This document shows positions 13,087 to 24,077 of a stretch of DNA of 64,000 bases, in pieces. A program made the position numbers and the translations under genes. The notes beneath the pieces are model-generated. The model was not told where the DNA came from. It saw only the letters and a program-made list of their open reading frames with translations, and did not search any database. The stretch's first letter is position 1. Every line of letters starts with the position of its first letter. This DNA is from Naegleria gruberi (lineage: Eukaryota): NCBI GenBank assembly GCA_000004985.1, contig GG738873.1; one strand, given 5' to 3'.

Positions 13087-13610
13087 TAATAAAATTACAA
13101 TTTATTCATTATTGTAAATTATTGGAGCTAAAAATATATTCTCGCGCCAACCAAAAACCGCTGAAGGTATAACATAAGGACCGTTAAATATTCAACAAAA
13201 AAAAACAATCGCTCAACATGAGTTCCTCACCACCCTGCTAAACAACCACCTTGATACCAGGAGGAGAGTTCTCCCTTTGCTTCCTTCCACAAAGTTGTTG
13301 TTCATTCTCATCAGCCATAACTAGATTCAACCATAACATCAACAGTCTTACCTGCCATTTACTTGAAGTTGTAGCTACATTAAAGTGAAGGTTCATATCC
13401 AAGAACAAGTACTTCTTTTTAATAAACAAAATATATAATATATTATATTATATTTGTCAATCCTTCACCTCCTTTGGCTTGGGTTCTCCTGGAAAATGAA
13501 CCAGTTTCTCATCTATTTGAATGAAATTATACTTTCTAATAACAATGACTCTTATTTTCCTCTTTGCGCTTTTTGACAGATTTCTCTCACCAAAATAAAA
13601 GTTTAAAAAA

Positions 13611-15016
13611 ATGGAAAAACTGAAAAACGAAACTCTCCCACAATACCCACCAACGGACAATAATAATACAGACTACTCGATCACACAGACAACAGATGAC
13701 CACTCTAAAAACAATAGTACACCACTTTTAAAGAGTACCACAATCGTTTTAGAACAAGGAAATTATAGAATTCATGTTCTAGGGACTGCTCATGTATCGG
13801 AAGAATCAGCAAGAGAGGTGAGAGAATTAATTTTGGAAAAGAAGCCCTCGATAGTAATCTTGGAATTATGTCAAGGAAGAAGTTCAATTCTTGTAGATAC
13901 CAACATTTTGAAAAAGAAGCCTTTTGAAAAATCGGAAAATAGTTTTGATGGAGAAAACAGCTCACCCATATTGATGGAAAAGACAGAGGAAATTGATCCT
14001 CACAGTAATAACAATAATAGACAAAGTTTATTTTCATTACTGATGGATTACGTAAAGAGTAAGTTTAAATCTTTTTTTGTTTGACCTTATTTTCATCATT
14101 AGAAAAGAGGAAAATTACACTTTTTCAATTGGCACTTGTATATTTCATGCAAAAGGTTACAAATGATTTGAAAATACAAACCGGAATTGAAATGAAAGCA
14201 GCATATGATATTTCTGTAAAATTAAATTCGAGAATAATTCTAGGAGATAGACCAATAGATATTACGTTGAATAGATGCTGGCATTTGATGGGCTATTTCC
14301 AAAAATTCAAATTTATTTCACATATTTTATATGCCTGCACACAGACATTTTCCTCTAAAGACATTGAAATGTTGAAACATTCCGATATTTTGACGGATAT
14401 TATTGAAGAGTTTGGAAATCAATTCCCACAGCTTGCAAGAGTGTTGGTTGATGGTATGTAATGAATAATTCTAATTTTGTAATCATTTTCAAAAGAACGT
14501 GATGCCTATCTTACTCATTCAATTCTCAAGGCAATTGAATATCTGGAAAATGAAAGGCTCAGAAGAGATCAATTGGATAGTGCAGATGATGTTGAATCTA
14601 ATAATTCTAACATTTCTTCAAATAATTCAACAGCTTTGGAAGAATCAAAAATAACAACAACCAATACTACAGATATATCGACCATTACTAATGAGAGTAA
14701 GGAAAATCAAATTGAGGAGGAAGGAGCAAACAGTTGGAGTGAATCAGAAGATGAGGAAATAGATACAAGGAGTGGCGATAATTCAAGTGAAACAACTCAA
14801 CCAGATTTGGATCCAAATACAATTGTTGTAGTTGTTGGGGCAGGACATGTTAACGGTATTTCAAAATACTTTTCCAATCCAGAAAAGATTAACAGACGAG
14901 AAATTATGAAACGATACAAGAATGAGTCTAATACGGGAAATATTCTTTTCATTTTTGCTATCCTTTTCACTTTATTGGGAATTGTAATGTATTTGTTCAA
15001 AGATATGTTCATGTAG
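13611..15016 (+). CDS. TraB-family protein (pheromone-shutdown TraB / TIKI-like metalloprotease fold). Exons: 13611..14058, 14103..14453, 14496..15016.
   Basis: The motifs HVLGTAHVSEESAREVRELILEKKPSIVILELCQGR and, in exon 3, ERDAYLTHSIL match the TraB family GTAH..S / ERD signatures. The C-terminus has VVVVGAGHVNGI and a terminal hydrophobic segment. The introns are gtaagt...cattag and gtatgt...caaaag. Confidence 0.65.
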
Positions 15017-15339
15017 CAAAGTATTAATAATTTTAGGTTTAGATTAATTTCAAAATGGAAAACTAAACTCATAATACCATCCCAATTGTTGCCAACCTTA
15101 GTACTTTTGAAATTAACAAGATCCAATTTTTATTTTTCAAATTTCATGCTCCTTCAGTTTGCTGTATGTTTTTGGCACTTTGAAAAATTAACAAGAAGAC
15201 TTTTCATTACTTTCTTTCACCTTTCAACATCTCCAAATATTTTTTAAAAAAAAAATCGTCATTACCCATTCATTCTGCTGTCAATTAATCTGTTGACAAC
15301 AAAACATCATCAACGCCAATCATTAAAATAAAAAAGAAA

Positions 15340-18207
15340 ATGGCCAAAGATAAAAAGAAGAAGGAAACATCTCCATCCTCTTCCTCTACATCTAATCTTT
15401 CTGATGCTCCAACAAGAATTTCTATTTCGTCATCTGACTCTGGATTTTCAAAGAATAGTCAAGATGACCAAAGCTTTGGTGAAGGAGAAGAATATATCCC
15501 AGGTGCTTCATCATCATTGTTATCAGCTTCCTCTGCTGCTAATTCAAAGAAAAAACATAGATTTTCCATTCGTAATTTATTAGGAGGTAAGAAGGAATCC
15601 TCAAAGGAATTGAGTCCTGGCAGAAATTCCGTTACCCAATCAACAGGTTCTCTAGATGAGATGAAAAAGGCAGGATTGAGTGGTACAAATATTGGTGTTT
15701 CACTTGATGTTCCAACTTTGGACACTTCTTCCTCAAGTGATCAAGCTCTCTTGGATTTACAAAAGAGAATCAAGGAATCTGATGTTAATGGAACAAGTTC
15801 AATGTCTCCTTCCTCTCCAAGTGGTTCTACTTCTGCCAGGTCAAATAATTCCCCTCGTGTCTCTTCACCAATTGCTTCATCAACTGGTTCTCCACGCACT
15901 AATCTTGCTTCCAATGAAAAGATTATTCAAATTGATGAATTTGAAAGATTAAAGAATTGTGAACAAGAATTGGCAACCAAATTGAATGAAATTAAAAATT
16001 TTGAAGAAGAGTTGGCTCAAACTAATGCCAAACACAAGCAAGAATCGGAAGAAAAAGAAGGTCAATTACAACAACTTAAAAAGAGTATTGAGGTATTGAC
16101 CAATCAATGCGAACAATTGAAGCAATCCATTTCCAATTCTGCTCCTGTTGAAACTCAACAACAACCAACGAGTGGTGTGGTTGATATATCACTTGTTGAC
16201 CAATTAAAGAAGGAAAATGAAGAAAAATTGCAACAAGTCAAGAATGAACATGCTACTCTCTTAGAACAAACAAAGAAGGATCTTGCAACCGAGTTGGATC
16301 AAGTGAAGAAACAAGTTGAAACTCTTCAAACCAGTATTACTCAATTAACCAAAGAAAAGCAGGAACAAGAAACCAAGATTAAAGAATTGACTTTAGAAAA
16401 TGAAGGTTTAATGGATGACTTGGTGAATTTGGATTCTAGGGCTTCCGACGTTAAAAAAACATTGGAAAAGAAGAATAAGGATCTTGCTACTGAAGTTGAT
16501 GAACTAAAGAAGAAACTCCAAGAACAAACATCCACCGAAAAAAAGGAAACTCAAAAGGCCATCCTTGAACAAAGTGAAAAAGTTGTCTCAAACACAACTG
16601 GAGATCATGCTGAAAAGGTTAAGGCAGAATTTGAAAAATTGAAACGTTGGAATCAAGAACTCAATGATATCATGTCCACTATTGAGAAAGAACGTGATCA
16701 ATTGGCCTTGCAAGTGGAAGAGCTCAAGAAGAAGCTTGAAGAGTCCTCCGAAACAACCAAAAAGGCAGTGCCAACATCAGGTGAAGATGCTGATGCCGAA
16801 GAACCAGCAGATATAGAAACTCTCTTGAAGAATTTGGAAGAAATCACATTGGAAAGAGATGTCCTTGAAGAATTACGTCAAGAAGAACTTTTGGAATATG
16901 AAAAGGAAAAGGAAGAATTAGCTGGTGAAATACTGGCTCTTAAGGAAGAATTGGAAAAGATTAATGGAAGTCAACCATCCTCTACACCTGTTGCCACAAC
17001 TCAACCTCTTGTAGATACAACAGAGTTGGACAATTTGAAGAAACTTGTTCAATCTCTCCAGTCAGAGAATCAAGAATTAAACAAGGTGTCAAGCAAGTCA
17101 GAACCAGAAAAGATTGTAGAACAAGTTGAAAGGGTAGTTGAGAAGGAAGTCGAGAAAATTGTTGAAAAAGTTGTCGAAAAGATTGTTGAAAAGGAAGTTG
17201 AAAAGATTGTAGAGGTTGAGAAGATTATTGAAAAGCTTATTCCTGTTGGAGATGGTGAAGCCAGTGTTGAAATTAACAATTTGAGAGAACAAGTTGATAA
17301 TTTGGTAACTCAACTCGATCAAACTCAAGAACAAGTGAGAGATTACGAAAAACAATTTGAGAGTGATCGTTTGATTTTGGAACAACTCAAGAAGGAATTA
17401 TCTGCTGAAACTCAAAAGGCCAAGAATGCTGAAAGTGAGCTCAAGAAGGCCAAGAACGAACTTGAAAAGCAAGTTTCTTCTGTTTCTACTGCCTCTGCCA
17501 TTGTTACTAAGCAAGAAACCTCCAGTGCACCAACAGAAAATACCATCCAAGAACAACCATCCATCCCAGAGTCATCAGAATCAGCTGTCACCAGTGAAGA
17601 ATCAGCCTCTGTCAGACCAGCATCTTTTGAGGCTCCTGTCATTTCCTCCTTAGAAAAGGAAGACTTGTACAAGATTCGTTCCAAGTATAGTTATTATGAC
17701 TCTGATGAAGAACACAACTCTGTTCCTCAACAACCAGTTGCTGCCGTACCAATTAAAAAAGAAGAACCAGAAGAAGAGGAAGAACCAGCTAGAGACGATG
17801 AAGACGAAATTTATCAAGATGAACTCAAAAAATTCGAAAAGGATTTGGATAAGATGTTGAGTAAAACATCTATCAATCTCTCCAAAGGAAAGATTACCTC
17901 ACTCAAAGAACTCGAATTGTTATGCATCAAGTTGAAATTCAACAAGAGTGTTAAAATTTTGGACTTGTCAAGCAATACTTCCATTGATAATAGAGGTTTA
18001 AAGATTATTTGTGATATGCTTCGATGGAATACTGCTGTAACTGATCTTTATCTCGAAGACACTAGTATTACAACCCTCAATCCTCATCTTTTTGATGTTT
18101 TCAATGAAAATTTCAAACTTACCAATGTTGCCTTCTCAGAAGATTACATCCCAAGTGCAGAATTAGACAAATTGGATACTCTATTAGACAGAAATGAAAC
18201 CTACTAG
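15340..18207 (+). CDS. 955-aa protein with a Ser-rich disordered N-terminus, about 500 aa of coiled coil and a C-terminal RNI-like leucine-rich-repeat domain. Single exon.
   Basis: One uninterrupted ORF. It has E/K/Q/L-rich heptad-like sequence. There is an internal (E/V)EK(I/V)VEK tandem coding repeat at about 17100-17230. The C-terminus reads LKELELLCIKLKFNKSVKILDLSSNTSIDNRGLKIICDMLRWNTAVTDLYLEDTSI, typical of RNI-type LRRs. Confidence 0.7.
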   Translation: MAKDKKKKETSPSSSSTSNLSDAPTRISISSSDSGFSKNSQDDQSFGEGEEYIPGASSSLLSASSAANSKKKHRFSIRNLLGGKKESSKELSPGRNSVTQSTGSLDEMKKAGLSGTNIGVSLDVPTLDTSSSSDQALLDLQKRIKESDVNGTSSMSPSSPSGSTSARSNNSPRVSSPIASSTGSPRTNLASNEKIIQIDEFERLKNCEQELATKLNEIKNFEEELAQTNAKHKQESEEKEGQLQQLKKSIEVLTNQCEQLKQSISNSAPVETQQQPTSGVVDISLVDQLKKENEEKLQQVKNEHATLLEQTKKDLATELDQVKKQVETLQTSITQLTKEKQEQETKIKELTLENEGLMDDLVNLDSRASDVKKTLEKKNKDLATEVDELKKKLQEQTSTEKKETQKAILEQSEKVVSNTTGDHAEKVKAEFEKLKRWNQELNDIMSTIEKERDQLALQVEELKKKLEESSETTKKAVPTSGEDADAEEPADIETLLKNLEEITLERDVLEELRQEELLEYEKEKEELAGEILALKEELEKINGSQPSSTPVATTQPLVDTTELDNLKKLVQSLQSENQELNKVSSKSEPEKIVEQVERVVEKEVEKIVEKVVEKIVEKEVEKIVEVEKIIEKLIPVGDGEASVEINNLREQVDNLVTQLDQTQEQVRDYEKQFESDRLILEQLKKELSAETQKAKNAESELKKAKNELEKQVSSVSTASAIVTKQETSSAPTENTIQEQPSIPESSESAVTSEESASVRPASFEAPVISSLEKEDLYKIRSKYSYYDSDEEHNSVPQQPVAAVPIKKEEPEEEEEPARDDEDEIYQDELKKFEKDLDKMLSKTSINLSKGKITSLKELELLCIKLKFNKSVKILDLSSNTSIDNRGLKIICDMLRWNTAVTDLYLEDTSITTLNPHLFDVFNENFKLTNVAFSEDYIPSAELDKLDTLLDRNETY

Positions 18208-18398
18208 TTAAACTACTAAAACATTCGACTCAACTTTAAGAAGATTAATTTCTTTGTACATAAATTTTCTTTAACTTCAACTGTTTCCCAATTAATAAAT
18301 TGAAGAACACAAAGCTCACAAATCAAGCTGATTTCCAACATTTATCAAACTTTCCTTGATTCCACTTTTCGGCAATGTAGTAAAGGAGCAAAGAAAAA

Positions 18399-19903
18399 AT
18401 GGGACAAAGAGGTTCAAAGGGAACGAATAATAACGGAAAGAGAGGATCAACACGATCCACCACGACCACAACAACAAATACAACAAATACTGTTGCTAGT
18501 ATTCAAAACGATCCACAGGACTTTGAAAAAGTATGTACAAGATTATTTGTTATATTAATAATTCTTTTACAATTAAATTATATAATATTAACAACATGAT
18601 GATGCTGCGGAAATTAATTACAGGGCATTGAATTTATAATAGATAAATTAAAAAACAATGAAATATATAGAGCAAGACTCCAAGATATTAATATTATGAG
18701 GCAATTTGCTGAAGTTCTTGGTACAGAAGATAAACTCCAAACAACCTATTTAACTACCAAATGGTTAGATACTGTTGATCTTGCCAGGAAGATGTTACAA
18801 CAATCAAAGACTTTAGTGGAGGATGAGGAATTATCTAGAAGTGGACATTCAGGTATGAAATCAGTTGTACCAGCCAGTACAGCTGCTTCGGATGTGAATC
18901 AAATCAACAAGACACCATCAGAAAATGTTGGAGGTGACTTTGATGATGATGATGATATTATCAATGAGGAAGATATTCGTTTGGGAGAAAAGGATCCAGG
19001 ATTGAACAAGATTTTAGAACAAAATACTGTTAAAGTTAAGATTGTCATTTCTGAAATTGCCAAGACTAAAGGAAAGAAGGCATTCAGAAGAATGTTGTCT
19101 CCTGTTTTGAGCAAATTGGATATGTTACCAGAGTTGGGTATGTTCCACTCTGCTCTTCAAATTGGGTATGTAACTATTCTCTAATATTTCCCCTCACTTT
19201 ATATTGTTTAATATTTACTTGCATTACTAATTAATCAATCAAATATTTTAGACCTTGGTTAATTGAATGGAACAATTCTGCTATTTGTGTTCCAAGAAAA
19301 TGTGTTAGCTCTGCTGCCATGCTATCAGCAGATATTGAACAACTCCAAACCAATGAGGATGTTAGAAATGTTGTAGAGAAATTGAGCAAAGTTATTGTAA
19401 AGTGGAATACTAGTATGAGTTATAAGGAAAGAGATACAGAACCAGGAAAGAGTGGAAATTGTCAAGATTTTGTGGATGATGTTCTGGTTTCAATTGGACT
19501 TTCAAGAGATAGCCTATCACAAGGACCTCTTGGAGAATTCCTTAAAAAACTCAAAACAAAGGGACAGAGTGATTTGGTTTTCAAAATGAATGAACAATTC
19601 AGAAAAGCATTTAATTTTGCTGAAAACAAAAAGAAATTTACTACCCACAGAGATTTGGACGAATTTGTTAAAGGTTTACTGACTATTGATCCAGATTTCG
19701 AAAAGAACTACCGATATGAATGGCTATTCCTCAAATCAATGGATCGTGCATTCTGGCTGAAACATATAAAATTTGAGGAAATGGAAGAATACAAGCCTGC
19801 TTCAAGGGAGGCTGTAGATGAGGATGATGAGGTTATATTAATCACAGACTGCCCATTCAAAGATCCAAGAGATACCTATTCTTTCATTTATGACGACGAA
19901 TAA
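18399..19903 (+). CDS. Probable N-myristoylated permuted-papain-fold (PPPDE/DeSI- or LRAT-like) thiol peptidase-domain protein. Exons: 18399..18530, 18624..19165, 19252..19903.
   Basis: The start MGQRGSKG fits the MGxxxS myristoylation consensus. The exon 2/3 junction gives ...FHSALQIG|PWLIEWN (candidate His). About 45 aa later comes GKSGNCQDFVDDVLVSIGL (NCxxF catalytic Cys motif). This His-then-Cys order is seen in PPPDE/LRAT families. The introns are gtatgt...acag and gtatgt...tttag. Confidence 0.4.
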
Positions 19904-20652
19904 ACCAATATTATCCTATACAGTTACATGAAACCTAAAGAACTTAAAAACCTATTTCTAAATATTAATCCTTGTAATTGGTTTACAATAGATTTCAGTG
20001 TGGACATTTTCAAGGTGGATTTTATACAAGGTTTTGGAAGTCTAATCTGTCGATTGTGACCTGCATGACGAAGATAGAGAATCAGAAGAGCATTGACCAT
20101 GAATGTCTGTTACAGAGCTTGACATCGAAGAGCGGACTGCACCAATGATCTTTGAACAAGAAATGAGAGAACATTTGGAATCGACTTGGTGCAAAGAACT
20201 AAAATGAGAATTGCTAGTTTTCAGACAGTTTTTCAAGATTGAATGGTGATGTGAATTGACCAAAAGTACCACTAATCATCTTGATGTTGCTGTGCATGTT
20301 TCGTTCGGAGGAAATTGTTGGTGAACAGTGTTTAATTGGTTTTTTCTAACAAGCAGTAAAAACGAGCTGCCCTTAATGAAAATCTTTGTCTGCTCAACCA
20401 TTATTGAATTATGAGGGTTCAGAGTATATAGAAATCAACAAAAAGGTGTATTGAGGGTTTGGTGAAGACTAAATTAAGTGCGTTTGATCATGTTTGGAGG
20501 GTGACTCCTTCTGTTGGAGGAAGCAGTAACAGTTCAGATACAATAAAGCAAGTAAAAGTTTCAAGCTAAGCGTTTGTTCTTGTCATGGTTGGAGTGTAAT
20601 GATTCAAATGTTTGTTTTTGAAACAGCCGATTCAAAATAATATAAAAAAGAA

Positions 20653-23600
20653 CTAAAAAACCATGTCACAATATACTTTAATTGGTATTGTTGTTCCATT
20701 ATTTAGAATACTATAGAAACCACCACCAATCAAACCTTGATAAACACGAGAGGTGTTAGTTGGATTTTTGTAGGAAGAGCAAGAATCAGCAACAGTTCCA
20801 TCAGCATAGTGTCTCCCATTACTGTAATCCACTATTCCTATTAATTGACATCTGTCACCAAATCTACCATGACTACATTGACATTCATCATTACCAACGC
20901 AAATACCAGCTGAAGAGCAGACACTTGGATTAGTAGCCTCGTAATATTGTGGACCAGTATACCCTGTAACATTACTGAAACCAAAATCTGGGTTAGAACA
21001 TTGATAGCACAACAATGGATACTTAGTGCACCAATCAAAATGGGTCAACTCTATATTTGTATCAGGAATAGCAGTCCATGATCCTATAATATCACTCTTC
21101 TTACCAAAGGCAAAGTAAGGTCCAGTTGAACTAGTGGATGAGTTTGTACCACCAAAAATATATAACTTATCTTCTGTTGAGGAAAATGGACCGGTATTAG
21201 TAATGAAATAAGGAAGGAGACCGAAGGTCATCTCCCAAACAGTTGGAGATTGTAATTTTGCTCTAAAGATATTAATACCACTTCCTCGTACTGTTGAGCT
21301 GCCACCAAACAAGTAGACATAATTATCAACCACTTCGATAAAAGCAGAATGCAGAGGAAGGGGAATAACATCTTGTACAATCTCCCATTTTGTTATGCTT
21401 GTTGTTGAAGCTCGCATTATACAATTGGTTACATTGTGTTTCATTGTTGGAGCAATATCTGCAGTTGCATTGAACTCATAGATGGAAATGATACCACCAA
21501 AAATGTAAACATAATCTCCTACTGCCATAAGCATACCAGATGCTATTGGGATTGGAAGTTTTTCGTTAATTAATTCCCATGATTGAAACAAATCATAGAC
21601 AGGTGCTCTGTAAATTCTATTTGAAATATCATCATCCACAACACCTCCAAACAAATAGACATATTCACCATGTTTAAGGACGTGTGTATTATAAATAGAG
21701 TGAGGAAAACCAGTGTTGGTAGTTTCATTATACTCAATCATATTCCATACCATGTCATTTGCTGTAACGTTTGTGGTGTACATATTGAACCCGTTATTTC
21801 TTCTTGTTGGAAGAGTGTTCTCTGTTTGAAGTAAATATGCAATATCACCCATTTCGAAATAAACTGGTTTTCTCTGATACCAGTATAATTGCATGTTGGT
21901 TTGGTGTCGTACTTGAGTGAAAAGTCCGTTAATAGAGAAAGCAAACTTCTTTGTTTGAACGGTTTCAAAGCAATCTTGTCCAAGGAAAAACTGGGTATTA
22001 AAACAGCCACCTGTGGCATGAATGGATCCATCAGCAAGAAAAAGGAAGGAATTATAAACATTGGAAGTAATATCTACAATTGGGTGAGCTGAGTATTTTA
22101 CAAGTTTGGGCGATAGAATTTTTAATCCATAAGAAAGTCCAGCACCTGTTTGCCCAATATCATTCAATCCCCAAGAATAAAAATACCCTGGTTTAGATGC
22201 ACAAACAGCAAAACTCACATGACCTTTTGTGTGGATCTTGGTTACGGTGCAGTTAATACCAGAAATCAAAGTTGGTATTGGTATGTTTGTTGTGTTACCA
22301 GTTCCAACTTGTCCATACATATTACCACCAAAAGCAAAAACTTTACCACTGGCTGTAAGGACAAGGTTATGAAACATACCACATTGAATATCTTTGATTG
22401 TCTCATTTTGGAATGGTTTCATCTTTACAACAACAGGCTCACCACTTGAAACGTAATCACCAGTACCCAATTGACCGTATGTGTTGTCTCCAATTGCTAC
22501 CAGATTACCTGTTGATGTTAAAGCAAGTACACTACCATTTCCAGCACAAACTCTAACAACTGTTTGATTTGCTAAAGCTCCGTATCTATAAACAGAGAAT
22601 GGTCTATTCTTTTCATCCCAAGTTCTGTCACCAATTTGACCTTGATCATTAGCTCCCCATGCCCACAATTTTCCATTTTCATCTATCGCATACGAAGCAT
22701 AATTACCCATAGCAATTTGAACTATTTTAGTGTCAAAGTTAAAACCATGAACTTTTGTTGCTTTCAACACAGATTTAGTTCCACCAGTTGCTAATTGTGA
22801 ACGATCATTTAAACCAAAAACATAGAGACCATTCGTAGTCAACACCATGCTGCTATTTCTCTGAGCTTCAATTTGAAGAATTTCTAATTCGTCAAGAACT
22901 TCAACAGGGTTATTGTAGAGGAGTCTAGAATCCTGACTTGTTCTTCCCAAATTTCCATTATTGTAGACACCAGTCGAGTATAATTTACCATTAGGCATTA
23001 GTACAAGTACGTGATTTGCACCTGCAACAATTCTGTTTCTCACTCTGACAATAGAAGAATGATATTCATAGGAAGGAAAAATACCTGGTCTAGAGTTGAA
23101 ATACATTTGGTGGTTCATTGAAAAGTTCAAAGTGTTTTGTCTGAATAATAATTCCTCTCCATAGATAGCTTCGGTGAAGTTCTTTACAAAACTAAATTGT
23201 CGATGCTCAAAATAAACTTACATTAATCATATTAAAACTATTCTCTCCCAATATTCTTTGTGAGTTATCAGCCAAGGTAATGACATTTAGTAATTCCACC
23301 TCCATGCTCAATGCTCTTTTCCAGTCCTTTTTCTTTGATGTGACCATTTGATCAAACATTGTTTGATTAACTCCCAAGTCATCCAATATCATTGAAGCTC
23401 CATCAAGTGCTTCTTGCATATTCACTAGCTTTTGCATTATCTTTGAGGAGTAAAAATCTTCCTTTTGCTTTTCGAGTCCAACCAGAACTCTATTGTAACT
23501 ATTTTGTTTTTCTTTCCATCCTTTTACAAGTTCAACAGCATGTTGTTGTTGATCATTTGAGGCATCAAATGTATGTACACTCAATGTGAAGCAAATTATT

Positions 23601-23701
23601 ACTATGAAAAATTTATAGTAAGCGGAAATATACAACCTACAAAAAGCTACACACACACATTGCAATTTAGACCGCAAACCAGCGTTGAGGGTCTTCATCA
23701 T
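20653..23701 (-). CDS. Secreted RCC1-repeat + Kelch-repeat protein, family member 3. Exons (minus strand): 23701..23222, 23181..20653.
   Basis: Exon 1 encodes MMKTLNAGL..., the hydrophobic stretch FFIVIICFTLSV and a helical stalk, ending ...NMIN. It is followed by a 40-nt intron gtaagt...taaag. Exon 2 encodes NFTEAIYGEELLF...VRVRNRIVAGANHVLVLMPNGKLYSTG. RCC1 blades include WAWGANDQGQIGD and VAIGDNTYGQLGTGD. Kelch blades include YVYLFGGVVDD, YVYIFGGIIS and YVYLFGGSST. There is an extra Cys-rich C-terminal tail. The start codon is uncertain; an alternative GTG lies at 23725. Confidence 0.75.
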
Positions 23702-24077
23702 TCGTTTTTTTTCTGAGTTGTGCACCGCAAATCACTGTAATTTCTGTGTTAAGGCTGTATTCACAGTAAGACTTTCAAAAACCTTAACTAGAAGTTATTT
23801 GGAGAATATTAGAAGAAGATTGTGCATAATGTATCTCCCAAATGTGCTCAACATTTTTTTTGGTTTCAAGCCAATCATAAGGGACGATTGAGCAGCAATA
23901 AACTTTTCATTTCTGCACGAAAATGAGATGATAATTGCCTACAGATTTATTAATCAAGATCTGTTTCTAAGTTGAATAGTCCACAATAAAATTCAAAACA
24001 TTTCAAAGAATAAAGTCCCTATCATTTTCATTATTCTCATTCAATACTCTATATTATCATTAAACTACTAGTACAAT

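Noticed and set aside
13238-13660. Small minus-strand ORFs (13238-13429, 13457-13660) upstream of TraB.
   Set aside because: They overlap the TraB 5' region and promoter. They show no coding periodicity or motifs.
20042-20272. A 76-aa Ser/Cys-rich minus-strand ORF in the 3' intergenic region between the PPPDE-like gene and RCC1-Kelch-3.
   Set aside because: It has no start context, no motifs and low-complexity composition. It is more likely UTR or intergenic.
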